From Pseudodesulfovibrio piezophilus C1TLV30 (GTDB taxonomy: Bacteria; Desulfobacterota; Desulfovibrionia; Desulfovibrionales; Desulfovibrionaceae): a stretch of 32,000 nt of DNA. The stretch spans positions 2,910,001 through 2,942,000 of the forward strand of contig NC_020409.1 in NCBI RefSeq assembly GCF_000341895.1. Reading direction: 5' to 3'. Position numbers and translations under genes: made by a program. This document shows positions 1 to 8,867 of this stretch, piece after piece (position 1 is the stretch's first letter; the number at the start of each line of letters is the position of its first letter). The notes below the pieces were generated by a model. That model did not search any database. It worked only from the letters and a program-made list of their open reading frames with translations, and was not told the DNA's origin.

Positions 1-1015
1 TGGAGAGTTGTGCTTCCGGCGAGAGCAGGAAATTGGAGACGACCATGGCTCCTGCCTTGTTGGGCGCATTGGCGGGAATCGCCGTGAAATGCAGATTGAA
101 GAGAGCTCCTTCATGCATGACATAGGTGTGGATAGACTCGGGGTAGGAGCCATCCAGGATTTTCGATTGGGCATGAAGAGGATGATAGGACATGTTGATG
201 CTTAATTCCCCTCGGGAGAACAGAGTGTCCATTTCTGCAGAGCTTTTGGGGTAGGATTTGCCTTTTTGCCACAGAAACGGTTTGAGCTCATTGAGGTACT
301 CCCAAAGCTTGGGAGCTTGCCTGTTGAACAGTTCCTCATCCCATCCGTCCATATACTGCTGTGCTCCCCCGGTTGTGGCGTAAAAAGCCTGTCGGATGAA
401 TGCGGAGCCGGTAAAATCAGGGGGCTGAGGGTACGTGAATTGGCCCGGATTTTCCCGAACCCATGAGGAAAGATCCAGGAAACTCGCCGGTGTTGTTGGC
501 GTTGTCTGGGTATCATATTCGTAGACAAACTGGGCGCGTCCATAAGGAGCTTCAAATCCATCGACAGGATAACCGAAGTCAAAGGAGGCAAGAGATTTGT
601 CCACATGTTTTATATAGTTCGGCAGTTTTTCGGCATAGGGACCAAAGAGCGTCCCGGCCTGTTTTGTCGTCTTGAAATTTTCGCCGTTGATCCAGAGCAG
701 ATCAATGGATCCAATTGTCTTGCCCGCATCCTTTTCAGTCAGGAGTTTGTTGACAAAGACACTCGCGTCCATGGGGACACGAACCAGACTGATATCAAAG
801 CGTTTTTTGACTTCTTGGGCAACGTATGTATCAACCCAGTTATTCACATGAGCGAAACCACCGTACATATAGAATCGGACAGTGCTTCCTTCTGCTGCTT
901 TTTCGATCGATGTCCAGTTTTCATTGAGCAGTGCGGTCCCGTCCTGTTTTGGCGGTTCCTCGGCGCATCCTGCCAGAATGACTATCATCATGATGACGAT
1001 CAGTAATTTTTTCAT
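1..1015 (-). CDS. ABC transporter substrate-binding lipoprotein (YnjB/COG4134-like); C-terminal part lies beyond the window start
   Basis: Absent from the supplied track because it has no stop inside the window. I checked every plus-strand triplet 2-4 through 1013-1015 and found no tta/cta/tca, so 338 codons are open on the minus strand. ATG at 1015-1013 has AGGAG 9 nt upstream. The N-terminus MKKLLIVIMMIVILAGC is a signal peptide plus lipobox. The body (VRFYMYGGFAHVNNWVDTYVAQEVKKRF...IDLLWINGENFKT) looks like an extracellular solute-binding protein. It lies 12 nt downstream of the ABC ATPase gene. Confidence 0.75.
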   Translation of the reverse strand, partial: MKKLLIVIMMIVILAGCAEEPPKQDGTALLNENWTSIEKAAEGSTVRFYMYGGFAHVNNWVDTYVAQEVKKRFDISLVRVPMDASVFVNKLLTEKDAGKTIGSIDLLWINGENFKTTKQAGTLFGPYAEKLPNYIKHVDKSLASFDFGYPVDGFEAPYGRAQFVYEYDTQTTPTTPASFLDLSSWVRENPGQFTYPQPPDFTGSAFIRQAFYATTGGAQQYMDGWDEELFNRQAPKLWEYLNELKPFLWQKGKSYPKSSAEMDTLFSRGELSINMSYHPLHAQSKILDGSYPESIHTYVMHEGALFNLHFTAIPANAPNKAGAMVVSNFLLSPEAQLS

Positions 1016-1027
1016 TGTCATTGACTC

Positions 1028-1969
1028 CTATTGGTTCTTGAAGACGAGATTCACTCTGTCGCCGCACCGAACATCACTGTCAGATGTGAAAACAATAAGT
1101 GAAACTCCCTCTGCTTCGATAGTATATTTGACGTAATGGCCTGCAAAAATGGCCTCTTTTATTTCGCCAATACCTTCTGCACAGGCTGTAATCTGTAAAT
1201 TTTCCGGGCGTGTGTAGTATTCTCCGTTCTGCTTATGCACACCCAATTTCTGCGCCAAAGCTTCCGGGAGTATGTTCACCGGTCCGAGAAAGCGTGCAAC
1301 ATCCAGACTGATGGGGGTGCCATAGATTTCCCTGGGCGGAGCGAATTGAGCCAGTCCCCCTTCGAGTATGACACCGACTTTATCCGACATCAAAAAGGCT
1401 TCCTCCTGATCGTGGGTTACGGCGATGGTCGTGACGCCGAATTCCTTCTGCGTGTCACGGATGAACTCGGCGGTTCGCAGCTTGAGGTTGCGATCAAGAT
1501 TCGCAAAGGGTTCATCCAGCAAAAGCATGGCGGGATTGACGATCATGGCACGGGCAATGGCGACGCGTTGCCTTTGTCCGGCAGACAAGGCAGCGGGATA
1601 TGCCTTTCTTTTTTCGGCCAGTTGGAAATACTCAAGGTGGGCCATGACCCGTTTTTCGATTTCTTTTCCTGAGACTTTTCGTGTGCGTAACCCAAAGGCC
1701 ACATTTTCAAAAACCGTCAGGGTTGGGAAGAGGAGATAATCCTGAAAAACGAGGATAATCGGGTTCTCCTTGCTCGGCAGATTCCCGAAATTCACCGTGC
1801 CCGAATCTGGTTCCTCCAGCCCGGCGATGATCTTGAGCAAGGTTGTCTTTCCCACGCCGGATGGACCGACAAAGGAAACGGCACAGCCTTCTTCAACCGT
1901 GAAGCTGATGTTCTTCAGGATTGGTTTGTTTCCAAAGGCCTTGTTCAGTTTTTTGATTTCAAGAAACAT
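1028..1969 (-). CDS. ABC transporter ATP-binding protein (PotA/YnjD-like, single ATPase plus C-terminal regulatory domain)
   Basis: 313-aa ORF. Walker A GPSGVGKTT, signature LSAGQRQRVAIARA, Walker B LLLDEPF, H-loop VTHD. Confidence 0.9.
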   Translation of the reverse strand: MFLEIKKLNKAFGNKPILKNISFTVEEGCAVSFVGPSGVGKTTLLKIIAGLEEPDSGTVNFGNLPSKENPIILVFQDYLLFPTLTVFENVAFGLRTRKVSGKEIEKRVMAHLEYFQLAEKRKAYPAALSAGQRQRVAIARAMIVNPAMLLLDEPFANLDRNLKLRTAEFIRDTQKEFGVTTIAVTHDQEEAFLMSDKVGVILEGGLAQFAPPREIYGTPISLDVARFLGPVNILPEALAQKLGVHKQNGEYYTRPENLQITACAEGIGEIKEAIFAGHYVKYTIEAEGVSLIVFTSDSDVRCGDRVNLVFKNQ

Positions 1970-2946
1970 TCTATTCCGTCCAGATATTGCCCTATGGTCT
2001 TGAACGTGGCCTCATTTTTCAATGCACGGTTGCTGTGGGTGTATTCATAATGTGCCATATAACACCATGACAGTGCCCGGAGCAGGATTGTCCTTTCCAT
2101 TATTTCCGTGCAGTGCAGGATTGTTTTCATATCCATGTCAAGCTTTGCGTCTTGAGCATAGTCCTTCAGAAAGAGTTCCCGCGCTTCACTGTCAAAACGA
2201 TACTGGGTCTTCCAAAGGGTCGTGGTGGGAATAAGAAAATGGCCGAGGTCCTGAAAACGGCTTGAGACAACAGCTTTTTCCCAGTCAACCAGCCACCCTT
2301 GCTTGTGATCATCCTGCTCCAGAATGATGAAGTTGCGGGAATTGACCTCGGTGTTGACAATGACCATGGGATCATCCTGAAACAGGAAGGAAGATTCATC
2401 GGCCAAATTTTGTATCTGCTCGTGATACCTGAACAGTCGATTACCGGTTTCTTTCATGGGATGGTCGGGGTAGCGACGAAGGAGTTGATCGCTTTCATTA
2501 GCTATATCCAGAAGAGGATTGGCTTGGACGATCAGACGGTTGTCGATAGGTTGCTCATGGACCTTGGCGAAGAGAGCAGCGGCTTCTGCGAGGTCAGTGG
2601 TATAATCCAGAGGTCGCCCCGGAAGATATTCCATGAGCAGGACGCCGTTGCCAAGAGCCGTATCGGTCACATTTACCTCACAATAAAAGGGGCGGGGAGT
2701 GGCCTTTGACCTGGCAAGGGCGTGGAGGACTGAGAATTCATATTCTATCTGGTCTTCCAGTCCGAGTTGGCTGCCATGGTTGATGCGAAAGACATAGTTT
2801 GCTTCGCCGTATATCTCCTGAACCGTGATATGATAATTTTCGTTGTATTCCCCGGCTGCCAGGAAGCGTATTTGCTCTTCTGCATCATCAAGATGAAGCC
2901 ATCCCCTAGCCGTGAGGAAGTCATATATTGACTGTATTGTGTTCAT
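1945..2946 (-). CDS. Phosphotransferase of the APH/choline-ethanolamine kinase fold
   Basis: 333-aa ORF. Nucleotide-binding region EYNENYHITV...YVFRINHG and a metal-binding VDWEKA motif, with the usual spacing to QDLGHFL. The catalytic-loop position reads VNTEVNSRN instead of the usual HxDxxxxN. It overlaps the ATPase start by 25 nt, so the two are probably co-transcribed. Confidence 0.8.
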   Translation of the reverse strand: MNTIQSIYDFLTARGWLHLDDAEEQIRFLAAGEYNENYHITVQEIYGEANYVFRINHGSQLGLEDQIEYEFSVLHALARSKATPRPFYCEVNVTDTALGNGVLLMEYLPGRPLDYTTDLAEAAALFAKVHEQPIDNRLIVQANPLLDIANESDQLLRRYPDHPMKETGNRLFRYHEQIQNLADESSFLFQDDPMVIVNTEVNSRNFIILEQDDHKQGWLVDWEKAVVSSRFQDLGHFLIPTTTLWKTQYRFDSEARELFLKDYAQDAKLDMDMKTILHCTEIMERTILLRALSWCYMAHYEYTHSNRALKNEATFKTIGQYLDGIECFLKSKN

Positions 2947-3254
2947 ATTTCAGATTGATAGCAGGAATGATGGAACTTAGGCAATTGCCGTGTCCCGGTA
3001 GAGGGATTGCTTTTCGAAATGAGGCTGATGTGCTCATTCGGATCGTTTTGACCGTCTCGCGTCTCGCCCTCGTTTTCTCCGTGTTTGTCGGAAATGGGAA
3101 AGTTGTCTTCCCCGTTCATATCTATTAGTAGTAATCTCGTTATCAAACAGCGAGGCGTGTCAGAGAGTTGAGGCGCCTCGACCTCGGCGTGAGGCTCTGT
3201 GCTCCCTGCCGTGATTCCGTGTCACACCCTCTTGTCATCTGATCTGGAGTCTTC

Positions 3255-6200
3255 ATGCTTCGTTTTTCCGATATCCCCATTCGTCAGAAACTCATATTTC
3301 TTTTTCTTGTTACGGGTATCATCCCATTGCTTATTGTCGGGGTTGTTTCCAATACGCTGACCGTGAAAACCTTGATAAAAAAATCCTTTGAGGAGCTGGG
3401 ATCAGTCCAGGCGATTCGGAAGGAACAGGTCGAGAAGGCTTTTGACGCACGAGTCACCGATATGAGCCTTCTGTCTGAAAGTGCACAGGTGCACAAGGCG
3501 TTGGCGACCCTGCTGGACTATAAAACAGCGGTCAATGGTCTGGCTGAGTTGGATCTGGATGTCACCACGGCGGAGTATCATACCCTTCATAAGCAATTGT
3601 CACCCGTTTTCAGGAAGTTTATCAAGGAATACGGGTACTACGATTTATATCTTATGGATGCAGACGATGGGCATGTGTTGTATTCCGTTTTGCGGGAAGA
3701 AGATATTGGGACCAATCTTGTTACTGGCCCCTTTAAAAATTCCCGGTTGGCTGAGATGTGGCGCAAGGTTGTTTCCACTGGCCGGGAAACCGTGGTTGAT
3801 TTTGGGAAATATGAACCGAGCGGAGGTATCCCCTCGGCGTTTATCGGTATCCCTGTCAGGAACGATGCACATGCCATCATCGGAGTCTTCGCTTTGCAGG
3901 TGCAGAGTCAATTCATCACTTCATTGATGGATTCCCGTGTGGGATTGGGAAAGACCGGAGAGTCCTACCTGCTCAACTGGGACCCGCTGACCGACCTTTT
4001 CGAGCTGCGTAGCAATATGGAGACCATGGGCAAGGGAGATTATGTCGTCGGTTATGCGCTCAATCGTCATCTCGACTACTGGGAAGACGCAGTGGAAGCG
4101 GGGCAGCTTGGCGGGCATAATACCTACAAGGATAGTGAAGGCAACGAAGTCCTGGTCGCCTACGACAAGCTGAGTATCCAGGGGTTGAACTGGTATCTCA
4201 TTTCAAAGATCAACAAGAGCGAAGTCACGGCTCCGACGCAGGAATTGACTTTCAAGATCCTGGTCCTGGCAGCGGGCCTCGTTTTGATCATCGCTTTTGT
4301 TGCCTGGTTCATTTCCCGGCGAATTACCCGGCCTATTCTGGAAGATGTCCGGTTCGCCAAGGATATTTCCAATGGAGCATACGACACGGTCCTGCATCTC
4401 GATCAACGGGATGAATTGGGGCAGCTCGCTGAAGCGCTCAATTCCATGGCCCGTAATCTTGCAGACCAGCATTGGCTTAAATCCGGGAAGGAAGGCCTTG
4501 ATGACGACCTGCGGGGTGAGCACGACCTTGGCTTGTTGGCCAAGCGATTCGTCAAGTTTTTCGTGACGCACATGAACGCTCAACTCGGCGCGTTATATCT
4601 GAGTGATGGCGAGAAACTCGATTTGGCGACAAGTTATGCTTTTACGGACCGGCGGGGTAATTTCAATTCCTTCAATATGGGTGAAGGCATGGTCGGACAG
4701 GCTGCATTGGAAAACGAAACCATTCTTTTCTCCGATGTTGATCATGGTGCGCCGGAAGTCAATTATGGTGCAGGACAGACCATGCCGTCCAATTTTATGA
4801 TTACTCCCATAGCGTCGGAGGGTGTGGTTCTGGGAGTCCTGCTGGTCGGTTCTTTGTCACCATTTACGGACTTGCAGAAACGGTTTGTTGAAATGAATTC
4901 CGAAAATGCCGCGATTCTGTTCAACGCAGCCCAGTCCAGAGAAACGATTCGCAAATTGCTTGACGATGCTCAGGAGCAGCAGAAAAAGCTGCATCTGGCA
5001 AATAAGGAGCTTGAGGAACAGGCTCGGGCGCTCAAAGAATCCGAAGCCGAATTACAGGCCCAGCAGGAAGAGCTGCGGGTCACCAATGAGGAATTGGAAG
5101 AGCAGGCCAAGGCGCTCAAGGAGTCGGAATCAATTCTCCAGGCCCAGCAGGAGGAACTGCGGGTCACCAATGAGGAACTGGAAGAGCACACCCAGACTCT
5201 GGAAGAGCAGAAGGATGCCATCCGCAAAAAGAATTCCGAACTGATCAAGGCTCAGGAAGTGGTTAAGCAAAAAGCCCACGACCTTGAGATTGCCAGCAAA
5301 TACAAGTCAGAGTTTTTGGCAAACATGTCCCATGAATTACGGACGCCACTCAATTCCATTCTTATTCTGTCGCAACTTTTCGGCAACAACAAGGATGGGA
5401 ATTTAACGCCCAAGCAGATTGAATCCGCCATGGCTATTCATTCTTCGGGATCAGACCTTTTATCATTGATCAACGAGATTCTTGATCTTTCCAAGGTGGA
5501 GGCTGGGAAAGTCGAGCTGGTTATCGAGGATATTCCGGTTAAAACTATTGTCAATGATATCAGACGAATGTTTAAAGATGTTGCGGCAGACAAGGGGCTG
5601 GCATTTGATGTTTCCGTGGCGCCCGGATTGAGCGAGACGATCAAGACTGATTCCCAACGGCTCCATCAGGTTCTCAGGAATTTGCTGACCAATGCTTTTA
5701 AGTTTACTCGGCAGGGGCTTGTTGCCCTGACAATCGATCGCCCTTCACCCGAGCGGACGCCAGATTGGCTGAGCCAGGAATCTGCTTTTTCCTTTGCAGT
5801 TCGAGATGAAGGCATCGGAATTCCTCAAGAACAACAAGTCGCGATCTTTGAGGCATTTCAACAGGCGGACGGCTCAACGAGTCGGAAATATGGCGGAACC
5901 GGTCTTGGATTATCTATTTCCAAAGAGTTGGTCAAACTGTTGGGCGGTGCCATTTATCTCGAGAGTGAAGAGGAAAAGGGCAGCACGTTTACGATCGTTT
6001 TGCCCGAGAAATACGTTCCGCTCGCCACACGAGCGCAGGCCGAGTTCCCATCGTCACGGATTGAGGAAGAGCAAACCGGGGAAGAGTCTTTCCAGGCCGA
6101 AGCCCTTTCGCCGGAGAACGCGGTGCCCAGTGCTGTCCATTTCGAGGATGAGGAGCCTGTTCTTCATTTTGAAGCCTCGGGGGACGAATCAAGAAGGACG

Positions 6201-7436
6201 AACGTTGCATCACGACTTCCCTCCGCTGAATTTGTCGAGGATGACCGCAACGAGGTTGTCCCTGAGAGTAAAAGCCTTCTGATAATTGAGGATGACGTTA
6301 ATTTCGCCAAGATCATGCGTGACTTTGCTCAGGAACGTTCATTCAAGTGCATCGTTGCCGAAGATGGTGAAACCGGATTGCATTTTGCTGACTTCTATAA
6401 ACCGAGTGCGATCATTCTTGATATAGGGCTGCCTGGTATTGACGGCTGGACTGTCATGGAGCGGCTCAAGGACAATCCGGAATTGCGGCATATTCCTGTT
6501 CATTTCATGTCCGCAGCAGACTCTTCGCTGGATGCCATGCGTATGGGGGCGGTGGGCTTTTTGTCCAAGCCTGTCTCATTGGATAAGGTTGCTGACGCTT
6601 TCGGGCGAATTGAAAATGTTATATCCAAGCCCGTGTCCAAGCTTTTGCTCGTTGAGGATGACGCCATCCAACGTGAGAGTATTCAGCAACTTATAGGGAA
6701 TGGCGATGTGGAAACCGTTGCTGTGGCAACAGGGCATGAGGCCTATGAAGAGCTGAACAAGGGAGTGTATGATTGCATGATCCTTGATCTCGGTCTTGAG
6801 GATATGTCCGGGTTTGATCTGCTGGAAAAAATCCGTCGGAGTGACACGACCTCCCGAGTGCCGATTATTGTCTATACCGGCCGGGACCTCACCCGCCTTG
6901 AGGAAAACAAGCTCAATCGATACGCTGAGTCTATCATCATCAAGGGGGCGAAATCGCCTGAACGGCTCTTGGATGAGTCAGCCCTGTTTCTGCATCGTGT
7001 GGAATCCGAACTGCCTGAAGACAAGCAGAAGATGCTCAAGATGGTCCATGACAAGGAAGCAGTCCTTTCCGGGAAGACTATTTTGTTGGTCGATGATGAT
7101 ATGCGTAATGTCTTTGCCCTCTCAAGTGTGCTGGAGGAAAAAACCATGGATGTGGTTATAGCCAGAAATGGGCTGGAAGCCATCGACAAGCTCAAGGAGC
7201 ATGACGAAATTGACCTTGTGCTTATGGATATCATGATGCCTCTGATGGATGGCTACGAAGCTATGCAGGCCATTCGCAAGGAACATAAATATGCAAAGTT
7301 GCCCATGATTGCGCTGACAGCCAAAGCCATGAAGGGTGATCGCAGCAAATGCATCGAAGCCGGTGCCAATGATTACCTGGCTAAGCCGGTCAACACGGAC
7401 AAACTGCTCTCCATGCTGAGGGTGTGGCTTTACTAA
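3255..7436 (+). CDS. Hybrid sensor histidine kinase: TM - periplasmic Cache-like domain - TM - HAMP - GAF - long coiled coil - HisKA - HATPase_c - acidic linker - REC - REC - REC
   Basis: 1393-aa ORF.
- TM1 at residues 13-32, about 300 aa periplasmic region, TM2 at residues 335-354.
- HAMP at about 355-405 (DELGQLAEALNSMARNL).
- GAF at about 425-555.
- Coiled coil at about 563-680.
- H-box MSHELRTPLN, His693 at nt 5331.
- N-box NLLTNAFKFT; G-boxes DEGIGIP and GGTGLGLSISK.
- Receiver Asp residues D1056 (nt 6420), D1178 (nt 6786) and D1325 (nt 7227).
- No HPt domain seen. Confidence 0.95.
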   Translation: MLRFSDIPIRQKLIFLFLVTGIIPLLIVGVVSNTLTVKTLIKKSFEELGSVQAIRKEQVEKAFDARVTDMSLLSESAQVHKALATLLDYKTAVNGLAELDLDVTTAEYHTLHKQLSPVFRKFIKEYGYYDLYLMDADDGHVLYSVLREEDIGTNLVTGPFKNSRLAEMWRKVVSTGRETVVDFGKYEPSGGIPSAFIGIPVRNDAHAIIGVFALQVQSQFITSLMDSRVGLGKTGESYLLNWDPLTDLFELRSNMETMGKGDYVVGYALNRHLDYWEDAVEAGQLGGHNTYKDSEGNEVLVAYDKLSIQGLNWYLISKINKSEVTAPTQELTFKILVLAAGLVLIIAFVAWFISRRITRPILEDVRFAKDISNGAYDTVLHLDQRDELGQLAEALNSMARNLADQHWLKSGKEGLDDDLRGEHDLGLLAKRFVKFFVTHMNAQLGALYLSDGEKLDLATSYAFTDRRGNFNSFNMGEGMVGQAALENETILFSDVDHGAPEVNYGAGQTMPSNFMITPIASEGVVLGVLLVGSLSPFTDLQKRFVEMNSENAAILFNAAQSRETIRKLLDDAQEQQKKLHLANKELEEQARALKESEAELQAQQEELRVTNEELEEQAKALKESESILQAQQEELRVTNEELEEHTQTLEEQKDAIRKKNSELIKAQEVVKQKAHDLEIASKYKSEFLANMSHELRTPLNSILILSQLFGNNKDGNLTPKQIESAMAIHSSGSDLLSLINEILDLSKVEAGKVELVIEDIPVKTIVNDIRRMFKDVAADKGLAFDVSVAPGLSETIKTDSQRLHQVLRNLLTNAFKFTRQGLVALTIDRPSPERTPDWLSQESAFSFAVRDEGIGIPQEQQVAIFEAFQQADGSTSRKYGGTGLGLSISKELVKLLGGAIYLESEEEKGSTFTIVLPEKYVPLATRAQAEFPSSRIEEEQTGEESFQAEALSPENAVPSAVHFEDEEPVLHFEASGDESRRTNVASRLPSAEFVEDDRNEVVPESKSLLIIEDDVNFAKIMRDFAQERSFKCIVAEDGETGLHFADFYKPSAIILDIGLPGIDGWTVMERLKDNPELRHIPVHFMSAADSSLDAMRMGAVGFLSKPVSLDKVADAFGRIENVISKPVSKLLLVEDDAIQRESIQQLIGNGDVETVAVATGHEAYEELNKGVYDCMILDLGLEDMSGFDLLEKIRRSDTTSRVPIIVYTGRDLTRLEENKLNRYAESIIIKGAKSPERLLDESALFLHRVESELPEDKQKMLKMVHDKEAVLSGKTILLVDDDMRNVFALSSVLEEKTMDVVIARNGLEAIDKLKEHDEIDLVLMDIMMPLMDGYEAMQAIRKEHKYAKLPMIALTAKAMKGDRSKCIEAGANDYLAKPVNTDKLLSMLRVWLY
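5028..5195 (+). repeat. Tandem in-frame 84-nt duplication inside the kinase coiled coil (2 x 28 codons)
   Basis: Unit 1 (5028-5111) encodes ALKESEAELQAQQEELRVTNEELEEQAK. Unit 2 (5112-5195) encodes ALKESESILQAQQEELRVTNEELEEHTQ. 23 of 28 residues are identical. The 17-aa core LQAQQEELRVTNEELEE is identical despite four synonymous codon differences (tta/ctc, gaa/gag, gag/gaa, ttg/ctg). Confidence 0.9.
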
Positions 7437-8270
7437 ATGCACGAATCCGAACTCATTGAAAACGAACGACTCGAAGTTAAGCTGTTGTTGGAAGCAATCT
7501 ACCTGAAATACGGGTATGACTTTCGCAACTATGCCTTTGCGCATACCAAGCGGCGGTTGGAACATCGGAAGTTGATGGACGGTATCGAGAACTATGCCAC
7601 GATGATCCATCGGATCATTTATAACGAATCCTTTTTCAACAAATTGTTGCTTGATCTGTCCATCAATGTCACGGAGATGTTCCGTGATCCATGGGTGTAC
7701 CTGAAAATCCGGGAACTGATTATTCCTCATTTGAAGACCTACCCATTTATCAAGGTCTGGCATGCCGGATGTTCTGCCGGGCAGGAGGTCTATTCCATGG
7801 GAATTCTCCTCGAAGAGGAAGGAATCAAGGACCGTTCTCAGATTTATGCTACTGATTTTAATGAATATGTTCTGAGTAAAGCTAAGATGGGGATTTACCC
7901 CATGGACCTCATCCGCGAATATACAGCCAATTATCAGAAAGCGGGAGGACGACACTCCTTTTCGGATTATTATACCGCTGATTACGATAATGTACTGATG
8001 AAACAGTCACTTAAGGATAAAGTGCTTTTTTCTTCGCATAATCTGGTCACTGATGGTGTCTTTGGTGAGATGAACATTATTTTCTGCCGTAATGTTCTCA
8101 TTTATTTCGATAAGGATTTGCAGAATCGAGTGTTTAATCTTTTCTATGATTCCCTGTGTCCTGGTGGATTCCTTTGTCTTGGTTCCAAGGAAAGTCTCAA
8201 ATTTTCTGGAGTGGCGGATAAGTTCGAGGTGGTTTCCGAACGCGAGAAAATATATCGGAAAAAACGATAG
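7437..8270 (+). CDS. cheR: CheR-type protein-glutamate O-methyltransferase
   Basis: 277-aa ORF starting immediately after the kinase stop (TAAATG). SAM-binding motif VWHAGCSAGQEVYSMGILLEE, FRDP motif and IFCRNVLIYFD are typical of CheR. Confidence 0.9.
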   Translation: MHESELIENERLEVKLLLEAIYLKYGYDFRNYAFAHTKRRLEHRKLMDGIENYATMIHRIIYNESFFNKLLLDLSINVTEMFRDPWVYLKIRELIIPHLKTYPFIKVWHAGCSAGQEVYSMGILLEEEGIKDRSQIYATDFNEYVLSKAKMGIYPMDLIREYTANYQKAGGRHSFSDYYTADYDNVLMKQSLKDKVLFSSHNLVTDGVFGEMNIIFCRNVLIYFDKDLQNRVFNLFYDSLCPGGFLCLGSKESLKFSGVADKFEVVSEREKIYRKKR

Positions 8271-8279
8271 GGTGGTGCC

Positions 8280-8867
8280 GTGATCGAAGAAAGACCATAC
8301 GATGCCGTGGTGATCGGCGTCTCAGCCGGGGGACTGGCTGCTCTGGAAAAAGTATTGCCTCGGCTTGATGCGGCTTTCCCCGTGCCTGTGTTCGTTGTAC
8401 AGCATCTTCGGCCTGATTCTGAGAACTATATGTCCCTGCATTTTGATCGGCGCTGCAAGGTTGCGGTAAAAGAGGCCGAGGACAAGGAAACACCGGAGCC
8501 GGGCACAGTCTATTTCGCGCCGCCGAATTATCATCTTCTCATTGAGCTTGAAAAAACCATGGCTCTTTCCGTCGAGGATCGGGTCAATTACTCCCGCCCG
8601 GCCATTGATGTTCTTTTTGGTACGGCGGCAGAGGCGTATCGAACCCGGCTTATCGGCGTGATCCTCACCGGAGCCAATTCGGATGGTGCTCAGGGGTTGG
8701 CCAAGATCAAACGTCTCGGCGGCCTGGCTATTGTCCAGTCTCCGGAGACGGCTGAGGCCGATGCCATGCCGTTGGCTGCCATTGCCGCTGCCGGACCTGA
8801 CCATGTGCTCCCGCTGGGGGATATCGGATACTTCATTAATTCATTGTTGATGGGTGAGACTTTATGA
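8280..8867 (+). CDS. cheB: CheB-type protein-glutamate methylesterase, catalytic domain only (no N-terminal receiver)
   Basis: 195-aa ORF with a GTG start 9 nt after the cheR stop. Catalytic triad contexts are present: GVSAGG (Ser), VVQHLRPD (His), TGANSDGAQG (Asp). Its length matches the C-terminal domain of canonical CheB only. Confidence 0.88.
   Translation: MIEERPYDAVVIGVSAGGLAALEKVLPRLDAAFPVPVFVVQHLRPDSENYMSLHFDRRCKVAVKEAEDKETPEPGTVYFAPPNYHLLIELEKTMALSVEDRVNYSRPAIDVLFGTAAEAYRTRLIGVILTGANSDGAQGLAKIKRLGGLAIVQSPETAEADAMPLAAIAAAGPDHVLPLGDIGYFINSLLMGETL

Noticed and set aside
2943-3146. 67-codon acidic ORF (TTG start; internal ATG gives 58 aa, MNGEDNFPISDKHGENEGETRDGQ...) whose TGA overlaps the kinase-like gene start as ATGA. 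The nearby leader of the histidine kinase contains the 10-bp palindrome GAGGCGCCTC (3170-3179).
   Set aside because: The ATGA overlap is suggestive of coupling. However, neither start has an RBS and the sequence is disordered and low-complexity, so an open frame of this length can occur by chance. It could be revisited with conservation or ribosome-profiling data.
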